A stretch of 64,000 bases of DNA, taken from positions 17,327,960-17,391,959 of the forward strand of contig NC_057751.1 in the NCBI RefSeq assembly GCF_004010195.1. Reading direction: 5' to 3'. Below the pieces are notes generated by a model. It did no database searches, was not told the origin of the DNA, and worked only from the letters and a program-made list of their open reading frames with translations. Position numbers and translations under genes: made by a program. Within the stretch, counting starts at the first letter, position 1. Every line of letters starts with the position of its first letter. The DNA is from Chiloscyllium plagiosum. Its lineage: Eukaryota. Positions 51,477 through 64,000 of this stretch are shown in pieces.

Positions 51477-51785
51477 GGGTGGCACGATGGCACAGTGGTT
51501 AGCACTGCTGCATCACAACGCTAGAGACACGGGTTCAATTCCCGCCTCAGGCGACTGACTGTGTGGAGTTTGCACGTTCTCCCCGTGTCTGTGTGGGTTT
51601 CCTCCGGGTGCTCTGGTTTCCTCCCGCAGTACAAAGATGTGCAGGTCAGGTGAATTGGCCATGCTAAATTGCCAATAGTGTTAGGTAAGAGGTAAATGTA
51701 GGGGTATGGGTGGGTTGCGCTTCGGCGGGTCGGTGTGGAATTGTTGGACCGAAGGGCCTGTTTCCACACTGTAATGTAATCTGTA
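51477..51785 (+). mobile_element. tRNA-derived SINE (HE1/V-SINE-like), well preserved
   Basis: GGGTGGCACGATGGCACAGTGGTTAGC...GGTTCAATTCCC...AAGGGCCTGTTTCCACACTGTAA. Confidence 0.9.
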
Positions 51786-54479
51786 AATCTGTAGATATGA
51801 TTCAGCATGTTACCTGGGATGGTGAATTCCGGTAACATAAAGTGAAAACATAAGTTTGGTAATATCTTAGAGCAGAGAAATTCTTGGGAAGGAAGCCTGG
51901 TAAAGATCGCCAAGACTATCAGGACCATGGACAAGTTGAATGGAAAACAGCAGAATTCAAAGCGGTAGTAAGAATGAGAAATAACTTTCATTTGCAAGGC
52001 ATGAGACTTGGAGGGAGGAAAATATTTGCATGCCTAATATAGCGGGTTTTGGAAGTTGCTGCCTGGAATAATTGCATGCCTAAATAAAGCGGGAAAACTC
52101 ACAACTTTGAAAATGCCCTGAGACAAAATTATGGAGGACCAAATAAGATAGAAGCAGGAACACGGTTTCCACAGGCGGGTGAAACTAGATTTCGGGACAA
52201 TAACCTCAGAATAAAGGGGAGCAGTATAGCAGATATGGAACTTCTTCAGCAAAATGGCAGTGATGTTGTGGATTTCCCTTCCGACTTAAAGAACTGAGAC
52301 AACCTCCATGAATGTTTTGAAGGTAAATTTGGATTTTTGATCAGATAAGGAATTAGGAGTTATCGTGAGAGACTGGACAAGTGAATCTGAGTCCATAAAA
52401 AGATCAGACATGATATTGTTGAAGGGTGCAACAGGTTGGCGGACCAGATGGTCTATCGTACTCCTACCTTTAATGTGCTTCTGTTTCTTTTTAATGTCGT
52501 TATATGCATTGATATGTTGTTAGGTGTCATAATTTCGAGGCAATGGAATGAACGTGAAAAATGGGGATGTGTAGACGTCATAGTATAATTTGGCAGGACC
52601 AATTCAACGGTGGGGCGTCGGGAAGGTGTCTGCTGTAGCGTTTCACTCCATGTTTTCATCGGCTTAAACGTGTATTCCATAATTTCTGGAATGTTACCAC
52701 ATTCATTCTTCAGAGAGGGACTAGATAAAGCATTCACTGTGTGACTGTTCGGAAAATTAGAAGTTCTTCTTGAAATATTAGGAATGGTCATGGAGAGATG
52801 TCTGTGTTGACCTTCACTACGTACCTGGCCCTTCCATTCTGGCGCTGCCTCTCTTTGATTGGATAAACCATTCAATCCGTGTGCAGGAAGATTGCGATCA
52901 GCCTCTCGGGTTTGCCCTATATTTCAATAAACTCACGACTGACCTGACTGAAATCTCAAACCTATATTTCCGTCCACCCTGGAAATCCAAAACTATCTTG
53001 TTATGCAGGATTCTCTGTATATTGTCCTGAACAAGGATTCAAATTCTTCGTTACCACCACCGTTCCAAGAAGAGTGTTCCAATTCTCTCAAGTAGACCAG
53101 AAGATGAAAGAGCCACAGTCGTCTATTTCGGTCATCGACTGCGATCTGCCATTCATTGGATTGTGGCTGACTTGCTCATCACATCTCCCCTTAATTCCCT
53201 TTTCCCCGTAATCCTTGATTGCATTCCTGAATAAACGTCTATACTGCACATCCTTGAATATTGTTGTTTGGCCAATTTTGAAAACTCTCTGCAGTGAAGA
53301 ATTCCATTGATATATTTCACTTTGAGAGAAGCAATTGCTTCTCAATGTGTGACTCCTTGTTCTCAGACTATTTCAATGTGGTCCAAGATTCATCCAAGAG
53401 GGGAAAGAAAACTTTCTGTTCCTATTTCCCTGTTCCTCCCACCTTGGCTGATATATCCTCTACCCTCACATTCTGCTGAATTCCAAAAAATCCAGCTACT
53501 CACCCTCTTCGGCAAGGATAGTCCTTAAATAATATCCTTAATAGTATCCCAGGGATTCAAATCGTCAAAGTAGCTTTAGATGAGTATTTGAGCAGGAAGA
53601 ATGCCCAATGTGGTGGGAACACGTCGGGATTTGGCGCTCCGATTGGTTTCCCAAGTTGACACAACTTCCAGGGCCAAAGGGACTGGACTGTGTTATAATG
53701 TTCCATGTTCTCTGATGGATATTTTCAGCAATTAATCTCATTTTGGCCAACGATTGTACAGTGATTATGTATGGACTGACTTGTTCCTTGTTATGTCATA
53801 TAAGCCCATCGAAGATCACCAAAAGCGATTTCAATATTTACTAACCACATTTTAAAAATAAACAAGCGCAGACTTTGCACATAATAAATTGCAGACTCCG
53901 ATATTGTGTCTCAAACAAAAGATCGAACAACTTAATAAGTACACAATGCCTTCACTTGGCTAGAAATTCAAAATGGTCAGTTGATTACTATCTCTGCTTT
54001 AAAACTGAATGTTTTTCTTATCATCCCTTCAGAGAGAAACGACACACAGTCAAATAAAGACACTTACGGGACAATGTCAAGTAAACAAGTAAACAACAAA
54101 GCTTGCTAGATTATTGAATAGAGTCATTCTGTACAAAAGCCTACCATTCAGTCCAACCACTTCATGCTTTCCCCGTTGCCAAATAAACTTAATCACAAGT
54201 GATTGCATTTGACGCTTTCCCATTCAACCTTTCCGACTGGTCTTCTCACAGAAATGACTTTTAAACGTCAGGAACGTGCATACATTTTTCCCCATAAGAA
54301 GATTCTCTGTGTAAAAACATGACCCCTCCTTTGCTTTGCATAGCTTTCTCCTCACACCTTAAACTTCGTTTTGAAGTTCCCCAACCAAGTGAAAAGATAC
54401 TTATTTTTCAACGGCCTACATCCCATGGAAACAAGCTCCAGCAAATTAAGTCTATTTGTTTTAATCAAAGCCTTCATTG

Positions 54480-57400
54480 GGTTGCTGCTAGGGAAGGGGG
54501 GATCTGTACATGAAGGACGAGTTGCACCTGGACTGGCACTAATGTCCTGGACAGCATATTATCTAAACCAGTTCGGTCGGTTATAACTTAGTTTGGCAGG
54601 TGAATGCAATCCAGCGCTACAGATCAGAAGAGAGAGTTGTTGCTCAACAGAAATAGAATACAAAGAGTCTGTCAGGAAGGACACTCAGTTGATAGTGCAG
54701 ATGGATGGGTTAACATGTGACTGTTTCAATGCAACGTGCTTATGAATAGTAGTGATGAAAACATAGAACATGGACTGGCACTTGGAACACGATGTTGTGG
54801 CTGTAACAAAGGCATGGATTTCTCAAGGGCAGGCATGGCTTCTGGGGATTCCAGGGTTTATACGTAGTTTAAAAAGCAAACACGGATTAAGTAAATGCGG
54901 TTGTGGAGTAGATTTGCTAATTAACTCGCATTTGTCTGCTGGGTCACTATGGGTGAAAGTCAGTAACTGGAAAGGATTAATCAAATGATTGGCTGTTGTC
55001 AATAGCACATCCACTCCGTTGCTGTTATAGATGACTTCATCCTCCCCAATATTGTTTCAAACCTCCTTAATGCAGATGGTCTTATTGGAGCCGATTTTGT
55101 GAGATGTATCCAAGAATGACTCCTGACACAATACGTAGATTGGCCGACTAACAGTTAGACCATATTGGATTTGGCGCAAAACAACGAACCGGGTCAGATG
55201 TCAGATCCGTTGGTGGGAGAGCATTTCGGTGACAGTTAGCACAATTGCCTTCCCTTTAATACAGCATGGAGAGGGAAAGGAAAATATTGTATGGGAAGGT
55301 ATGTAATTGGAGATGGCCAATTGTACTGCTACGAGTCAGGAGCTGTGGAGAAGTATTGGGAACAATTGTTGCATGGAAAACGCACAACAGAAATGTGGAG
55401 GCTGTTTGAGAAGAACTTGTTGTGAGAGTTGGAAAATTTTGTCCCACTGAGACAGGCAAGGAATGGAAACGGAAGGAGCTGTGACCAAAGTTGAGAAATC
55501 AAAGATCTGGCAGAGTTTTAGAGAATTGCAGGTTATTTAGGAAATAACTCAAAAATGCACTGCGTTGAGCTAGGAGGGGACACAGAAAAATCTTGGCGAG
55601 AAGGAGTATGAAAAACTCAAAGGTTTTCAACACTAACCTGATGCATACATAGACCTACAGAGTGAGAGAGAGGAGGGCCAATCATAGGTCGTGGAGACAA
55701 CTTGTGTCTGGAGTCTGACGAGGTAGGAGAGGCCCTAAATGACACGTTTTTCGCATCTGTAATCACTATACCGACATACCTTCTTGATAGTGTGAAATCT
55801 GTGGAACAGGTTAATAGGTTTAAACAGTTTTATATTAAGAAAGTGCGTGTGCTGAACATTCGGGCTAGCATTGGGATCGATGAGTCCCCTGGACCGGACG
55901 ACATGTTTCCAACCTAATTACGTGAAGTGAGTAATGGGATTGTTGCGCCACTAGCGATGATCTTTGCACTCTCACTCTCTACGGGAGTATTACTGAATTG
56001 TATGAAGGAGTCGAATGCTTTTTCTCAGTTCACAAAAAAGGAAACGAGATATCCCTGGTAATTACAGAACGTTAGTCTTACGACTGTGGTCAGCAAGGTA
56101 ATGGAAAGCACTGTGAATTATTGAGTTACACAGATATACAGTATGGAAGCAGACCATTTGGTCCAACTCGTCCATGTCAACCAGATCTCCGACATTTATC
56201 TCGTCCCATTTACAAGCACTTGGACCATATCACTCTAAATCCTTTGTAGTAATGTAGCAATCCACATTTCTTTTAAGTGTCATAAGTTTACCAGCCTCCA
56301 CCACTTCCTCTGGTGGCTTATCTCATCCACGCAACAAATGTTCCTCTGTTTCCATTTAAATTCTCTTATATAAACGTAAATTGCAATGGAAGCGGCACCA
56401 ATTCCTATATTCGCCACAGGGCTCTGGTTTGAAAAACATCCCTTCCCTCCTTTCAAACGAAAAAACTAAATGCAAAATGGCAAGAACTCCTGACACTGCT
56501 TGCATCAGACACTCTCAATACAGACTCAGCACCGGGTGAAACATTCTGCTCTTTAATGATGAGGAGGGGCCTTTATTGGACTTGGGTAGACAAAGTTAAA
56601 AATCACACAACACCACAAAACAGTCTAAAAATAAGATTTATTTCTATTTGGCTTGGCATAGCTTTATTAAAAACTGTCAATATGACTTTCGGAGGGGCTG
56701 GTCAGGCCTCACAAGCCTAATGATTTCTTCCAGAATTTATTGAGTCAGATTGACGAAGGAAGAACAGTGCATATTGTTCATATGGATTTGTCTATGAGAT
56801 TTGATAAATTTCGCCATTGTCGGTTGATTCAGAAAGTTCGGAGGTAATGGGGCACGGGGAAATCTGGCTGTCTGGACACAGACTTGGAAGGCCAAAAGGA
56901 GACAGCGAGTAGTAGTGCATGGATGGTATTCTGCCTATCGGTCTGTTACCAATGTTGGCCGGAAGGCATGTGTTCTTGGGCCTTTTGCTTTGGTAAGTTT
57001 TTATAAATAGCTTGGACGAAGAAGTGAAAGGCTGGGTGGTAAGTTTGCCGATGACAAAAATGTCAGCGGTGTTGTAGATTGTGCTGAGGGCTGTTGAAGT
57101 CTATAAGGAGACATTGACAGGATGCAGAGCCTGTCTGAGAAGTGGTATATGAAGTTCAACGTGGAAATATTTGCGAAATGATTCATTTTCGAATGTCAAA
57201 TTTGAATGCTGAATACAGGGTAGGAGATTCTTGGCAATGTGGTGGAGCAGCGGGACCTTTGCGTCCTCAGAGATGTAACCATTAAAATTGCCACCCAGGT
57301 TGATAGGGTTGTTAAGAAGGCGTATAGTGCTTTGGCTCATTAACATGAGATTCAGTTTGAAATCCATGAAATTTTGCTGCGGCTTTATAAAACCCGGGTT

Positions 57401-57765
57401 AGACAACACTTGGTACATTGTTTTGGTTATCTCATTATCAGAAGGATATAGATGCTTTAGAAAGGCTGCATAGGAGATTTACTGGCATGCTGCCTGGATT
57501 AGTTTATTTGCCTTATGAAGAGAGATTCATTCAGCCCGAGCTTTTCACCTTTGAGGAAAAGAGGTGACTTGAAAGAGGCGTCCAAAATAATGAGAGATAC
57601 AGATAGTGTAGATGGCCAAATATTTTATCCAGGCATAAATGGCTATCACGCGCTGTCATAGTTCTCAGGTGATTGGAGGAAAGTATCGGGTCATGTGAGA
57701 GGTAGGTTCTTTATGCAGAGAGTGGTGAGTGCGTGGAATGTACTGCCACCGGTGATAGTAGAGTC
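54480..57765 (+). mobile_element. Long degenerate CR1-type LINE with internal inverted or foreign pieces (~56125-56710)
   Basis: Endonuclease-like DVVAVT..W, ESPGPD, PGNYR.VSLT and SKFADD (57040-57056) in the expected order. Confidence 0.8.
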
Positions 57766-59656
57766 AGAAACCCTGTTAAAGTGGCATTCTCACATTTTGC
57801 AACATTATGCGCCATTTGCTGGAAATTTTCTCCCTTAATTCCCCAAACTATGCCTTTCTTATCTCCACAGTACAACTGACTTTCCTTTCTCACTTCAATT
57901 TTTGAGTAAATATGGTAAAACTACTTAACGTCGATTTAGATACGTTACTTGCTCAGATTGGAAGTAGTTGAGGTCCCAGAATATTTTCACCCTGAATACG
58001 TCTGACGAGAGTGCACACTGAGGTCCAGTTTCTGCTTCGTACTTGTCAGGAAACCTTCTATCATTACCGCAGGCTCCCAGTTACACGTGAATTTTTATTT
58101 TCCGAAACCAATATTTAAAGTAGCACTTTATCAAATACCACTGGAAAACTAAGTACTATAATTCTCTTTGCCCACAGCAGTCAACGTGGAGACATGTTTG
58201 TTCCATGATTCAATGGACTTCTGAAAGTGTCGATAGAGCAGTTGTTTGGAATTTGATACATTCATCACAGTTGTAGTTGGGATTTCAGGCAGTATCGAGT
58301 GTTAACTTGGTAATTTTGTGGCGAAAGTATTTGATTGTACTTTGGGGATTGTAAATGTTTTTACCCCTCTCTCTAGAAATTTGCTCTTGCCATCGGGAAG
58401 CGGAATTGAGTTGAACAAATTAATAGCTGAGTACTTCTGAAGAATCCCAAATGAACACGAGTGACCAAGCCTTTTCCTGAACAAATTCTGCTTCGGAGCA
58501 CTGTCAACGTCCCCGTGCAATTCTTTAATGATAGTTGAGAGTGGTCTAATGGGGCCATTAGAGATCAGTTTGAAGTTGTCATACGTTAAGTGCAGAGGAA
58601 ATGAGTGGACACTTTTCCAAGTTGGAACACAGTTAACAGTGTTACATTATTATTGGATCAGCTTCGTTAAATATATATCAGATTTTAGAGGAGATATCTT
58701 CAGTATCATTTTCAGAATATTTTCTGGGGCCATAACCTTTCCTGTGAGTTCTTGTTAATTGTGTGACTGCCACCATATCCAGACTTCATGTGGAGTGAAG
58801 GAAATTGGCGACCTACTGATATGTGTCATGTTGGGGACCTCTGAAGTAGTTTTTATGTTATGTCTTTATACTTTTACACTGTTTATAGATTGCCCATAAC
58901 AGCTGTTTTATGTTTTTAGCATTTAACAAGCATTGTATTGTATTTGAGGCATCAAAGTGAAACAAAATGGTTGAATGCATTCATTGAATATTTGTAAATG
59001 ACTTTCTTGGCGATATAACTTGAGTTTCTCACTGGCAGATTGACATCTGTAAAAATCTAAGTTAGTTTCCATTGCCCCAACCATGAATCAGTCCTTTGGA
59101 TGCTACACACTTCTCCCACTGTCACAGAATGTTGGCTAACCAGTGATTCTACTCATAATATATCTTTACTATCTGATAATGGCAGCCATCAGTGTGCCAG
59201 GTACTGACTTACATATTTATATTTTCCTGTTTATTTATGTTAAATGCCTTTCTTCTTGCTAACTTGATTTTGAGAACAATGCAAAATGTGTCGACAAATG
59301 CGGAGAAACTGGCATTTGCAAAATACATGAAATTTATGGATATTCTCTGCAGTTTTGGCAACATTGCTGAAGACAGAAGTAGAGTGAACACTTCAGGTCC
59401 AGTCAGCCACCACCAGCAATTTCTCTTTGGCAAAAAAATGGTTTTTTGTTTTTATTTTGCAGTTAGTTTACGATAGATAGTAATTGTTTTAGCTGGCCAG
59501 CAATTATTTTACATCTTACTCACAATCAAAAAATGTTAATTATATTTTGCGACTATCAGATGACCGTTCGATTCTTTCATGTAGATTGAAGGATGCAATA
59601 GATCATGACCATTTATCGGTAGTCGTCTAAGGCAACTGATATAATACAAGTCATAT

Positions 59657-60477
59657 TCTTTTTTTAAAATTTTTTAAACGATATTTTTATTAGAAATTTA
59701 ACATTTTTACAAGTTTACAAAAATAAACAAAACTCTCAGATATAAACATTGATATACAATTAGCTCAAATATACAATAGCCAAAATTTGTCAAAAAAAAA
59801 CAAAACAACAAAAAAAACCGAAAAGAAAGAAAGAAAAACAAAACAAAACTCAACTATCTACTAATCTAACCTACAACTAACCAGAGTGTATATTTAAGTC
59901 TCTTACATGCTCGGGATGTGTTAACATCAGATATGATAAAACCCGTATTCGTGCGGGATTCCTCCCCCGAGGGGCCGCGGACCAGCCAGGTTCGTAGTCT
60001 CAATTAAATAAAAGCCCTTGTTAGGATAGCCGAAATATCTGTATTTATGTAATTCAAAAAGGGCTGCCATATTTTATAAAATAATTCGGTCTTTCGGTAC
60101 ACCACCAATATCTACGGATCTTATGACCGGTCCATAAGCAATGTACAAGAGTGTCCACCTCTATTTTGCATTTGGGACACATTGGAGATGCTCCTGCCTT
60201 AAATTTTGCCAATCGAACCGGTGCTATATGGGCCCTATGAAGTATCTTCAGCTGGATATCCTGGGTTCTGTTACAAATAGTAATTCTTCTAGCATTTTCC
60301 CGGATATCATTCCACGTTTCTGTGGAGATTTCTAGTCCCAGATCCTGATCCCATGTTTTAAGCAGATTATCCATATCTCCCGATACTTCATCATGTAGTA
60401 AATGATAAATATTACTGACGGAAGATACCCCCACTGGTCGTAGGACACTACATTCTCTATCGGATTTATAAAGAACC
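59657..60477 (-). mobile_element. 5'-truncated L1-clade LINE (ORF2 C-terminus, 3' UTR, poly-A)
   Basis: ORF 60054-60434 QLKILHRAHIAP...CPKCKIEVDTLVHCLW (ORF2 C-terminal zinc finger); T-rich tail at 59657-59675; 12-bp TSD AGTCATATTCTT at 59649-59660 and 60478-60489. Confidence 0.88.
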
Positions 60478-60608
60478 AGTCATATTCTTACAAGACACTT
60501 TATTCATCATCCCATTGGTAGCAGGAAACTAAGTTGCATTTTGATCACAAAAACTTTCTTTTCTATGTAATCGAATATTATTCACCCCTTTGTCACTTTT
60601 TTTTACAG

Positions 60609-61150
60609 CGAACCTGATGACAATTATGATTCTCGTCTGAGGAAACTGCGGACTTTTTGAGTGTATATCTGTGTAGATGGATGCTATGGCAGCAGCAGAT
60701 CAACTGATCATGCTTAGTAACGTCATGGTATACCACGTTTTCATTTATAATTCCCAACATCATTTTTATCTTCGACCTCCGTTTGTAAGTTCATTACTAT
60801 GACTATTGTCACCCTGGACTGTTCTGCTTGGTTCACCAGTTCCTTCAATTTCGGCCGGTTTGTAGTGATCTGCTACGGGAAGCATAAGTCAAAATATTGC
60901 ACTGTACTAATGGCATTATAATTGACACAACACTCGTTGTTCTTATCTTTTTAAAAGATATCCTGATTTTGCTTGCTTTTGATTCTGAGCTAATAATTAA
61001 CAAAATACTTAGAGGTTGCCGAAAAGAACAACTTTCCTGTGGAATTTGAGCTCCTCTGTTAATATTTAGATTTATACTTCAACCCAGAGGAAATTCAGAG
61101 AACAGATCACAAATATATTTGCATCTCCCTGGACCCTAATGTAGATGTTG
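60609..61150 (+). pseudogene. Divergent GPR139-like GPCR pseudogene (exon 2 remnant)
   Basis: After a TTTTACAG acceptor: ANLMTIMILV*GNCGLFECISV*MDAMAAADQL, later LDCSAWFTSSFNFGRFVVICYGKHKSKYCT, LIFLKDI and RKFREQI. Colinear with the intact receptors but with stops, frameshifts and loss of most of TM5-7. Confidence 0.82.
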
Positions 61151-64000
61151 ATTAGAAGGCATGGACTAAATGAAACAAGAACACTAAAAGCTTTCTCGAA
61201 ATAAAACAGAAATTAAACATATTCTTCTTGCAGAACTGCTTCTTCTTTTGTACAATGAAAATGGGATATTACTTTGTCAACTTTGCATCCATTCTGTAGC
61301 ATACGTGTGATTGCATTCCTTTTAAGCATGCTTCTTCCTGTGAATTGACAGAACTACGAAGCTCATCACCATGAGACAGAAAATACCATCAAATCTGAGG
61401 TGAGTGCATTCTCAGGTGGCGTCATGCAACATTGGTCATGGGGAAAGACATGGCGTAAATAGAAGCAAAAGAAATGCTGAGAATGAAGAATCAATTGCTT
61501 CCTTTCCAGAACTGCACTTAAATGATTAAGTAGACTATTAGAAGTAATTATATTTGTAATAGCAAAGAAACAAAGCACAGCTTGATCCATCTTTTTTGGC
61601 AGACATTGGGGAACGTTTGTGTATTGTGGGATGAGTCCAATCGGGGGAAATTGGACTGCGGACTGAATGTGTTTATTAAAACATCGACCAGGGTTTCTTG
61701 ATACTTTGTGAAAATCAGAGACATTTAATTGGACTTCTATGCAAAGAAAATTCACAGAGTGGGAATTTGCACAATGTTAGGGTCAATAAGCGTATGTATT
61801 TAAGAAGACTTTCCATTGTCAATCGGCCAGAGAAGGTTCACCAGGATGAAGCCCGGAATGGAGGCATTGTCTTATGAGCAAAGTTTTTCAGATTCGCATT
61901 CCATTCACCAGAGTTTAGAACAATGAGAATAAGTCACGTTGAAGGAACTAGGATTCCTGAGGAGTTTCATACTGTCGATATTGAGAAAATATATCCCTTT
62001 GCGTGGATTCTAAGATTAATTGAAAAATGTTAAGATGAAAAATCGCTTTTAGTTAAAATCTGTTTTAGTTAATTTTCAAATTCCACCTTTTTCAAAATAG
62101 ATGCGTCTGATTGCCAATAATATGAAAAAAATTGCATTTTGTGTGAACACGTCCCAAGCAGATTTTACAGGCAATGATTGGTGTTGTCCAGCTCCTTTTC
62201 TCAGCAAGCACGACTTATGTCATCAAATGTACAACATTTCCAAATCACGGCTAATATATAACAATTACTGGTTTCTGTTAAGATGTCACAAATGTGGACT
62301 GCCTTGGAAACTGCCAGTGTTAGATGGGAGTCACCAGCTTAAAATCATCAGTCGCGTTTATGAAGGTGCCAACAAATGCCTTTTGATCGATAATCTGGAT
62401 AATTCCTCTCGAAGCTTGATATGGATATTTCGGTCGAGGAACTCACAAATGTGCACACTTTCTCAAGGATAAATGCAACATCGTTCGTGTGAATTAATGA
62501 AATCACAAAACGCAGGCAGCAGCCTGTTGGGGCAACGTTGTCACTGGCTGCAAACGTGAACCTGATTTGACGGACCTTTCTTATTTAATGAGACAGCCTC
62601 ATACAGAAGTACAAGCGGGCGATATGGCAGGTTTGGTTTCAAAATAAGGCTTACGTTTATGACGGTAAAATAATGAAGTTTAATCAGATAAACCAAGCAG
62701 AAACATTTAGCACAATTTGACAGACTGCAAGAGACATCAGAGAAATTCAAGCCAATCTAATTTCACCACGTCACCGTGTTCAAATGGAGGGAATGCCATT
62801 CCCGAAAACAACCACAGTTTCGACTTAAGTGTTGATTTATGCTCCCAGACTTGAGCGTTTTATAAATCATCCTTCGTTGAGGAATTGAGCTAATTTTAAA
62901 AAGTTCTTCAAACATCTAATTCGGATTTCTCAACGAAAATATCTGGATTGGAATTTTCAGTGTAAAGCATTTTAAATAAATTATTTTCCAATGTTATGAG
63001 CTGTCTCTTTTCTTCGCGATTAACAGCATTATTAACATTTTGCTTCAACCAGGACATCTGCAATTACAATGCAAACACATTCAATTTAAGAATCTTTAAC
63101 CTAAGTGAATAAAGAAACACCCTGACTCTTCTCAATCGAAAACAAATTACTGTTTTTAGTACATACTCTGCCCGATTATAAAAAAAAATCACCATGCAAT
63201 GAAAGTCTCACGATCACTTCAATACTTTCACACTCTCACCCGAAGGTCGTAACATGAACTGTGACTCCAAAAAGAACAGTGAATTTACCACTAAGCTCCA
63301 TTAGATAACAAAGCAAATCTTCCATCTCGGTAGTTCGATTGCCATTCTCTCTGCTTTGTCCGTCCCTTTGACTGTCTCTTCCTTCTTGAAATGCTGTATT
63401 ATCTCTACTTTTTATTGAACTTAAAGAATTTATCCTCAAGTGAAAGTTATTAAGTAAGTTTTTATAAGAATTATTGCCAATCAAGTTGACTCTACTCATT
63501 GGAATCTAGAAAAACGAGACGTGGTATGTGCAGGATTATTTAAGTCTTGACTGGGTAAATGTTAAGTAACCCCTTCCTTTATGGAAGAGTTTAGGACCAC
63601 AGCGTAAAGTCTCAGAATATAAGTGTGCCAATAGAAGAATGAATGAGAAGGAATTCTCTTTCTCAGAGGATTCCGAGATTTTGACGCTCCTTGCCACAGA
63701 CAACTGTGGGTATCGAGACCATGTGCGTGGTTAAAGCTGAGATACATTCTTGAGCATCAGACGAATCGATGTTATGCAAACACAGGAGGAAAGTGGAACA
63801 GCATCATTAAATTGGGATGAATTTGATCAATTTGGTCAATTCATTTGGTGCAAAGGAACACAAATGGTCATGAAGTGAGAAGACTGTTATAATTGATTAA
63901 GGAGAAATCGGTAGGTAAGAATTCAGAAACCACATATTTGGACAATGTCTCAAATTTAGTGAATGATTAAAAGAGCTGAGGAGTTGGCTAGAGACCATTT

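Noticed and set aside
51477..51550. tRNA genes at SINE heads
   Set aside because: A/B boxes belong to tRNA-derived SINEs; each continues into the SINE body and no intact cloverleaf is evident.
62101..62472. 123-aa Cys-rich ORF after an AG
   Set aside because: No recognisable family, and no clear donor or partner exon.

Overview
Eukaryotic, repeat-rich DNA, most likely from a cartilaginous fish. The repeat types (HE1/V-SINE-like SINEs, CR1 LINEs, Penelope-type hairpins) and the two-exon GPR139-like receptors suggest a shark; this is an inference. The window is dominated by a ~20-kb inverted segmental duplication (1-21811 vs 29884-48941) whose right arm starts exactly at a 500-N scaffold gap. 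Each arm carries an intact two-exon, 309-aa class A GPCR (GPR139/GPR142-like) and a decayed endogenous retrovirus inserted into an RTE LINE. Combining both copies gives ~670-bp LTRs, a 4-bp ACAT target-site duplication, a tRNA-His primer-binding site, a gag with two CCHC knuckles, a gamma/epsilon-type env TM and no recognisable pol. The rest holds CR1 and L1 fragments, SINEs, Penelope termini with hammerhead-ribozyme-like cores, degenerate satellites and a third, pseudogenised GPR139-like gene. No prokaryotic features or CRISPR arrays. Boundaries of degenerate repeats are approximate and all comparisons were made by eye.
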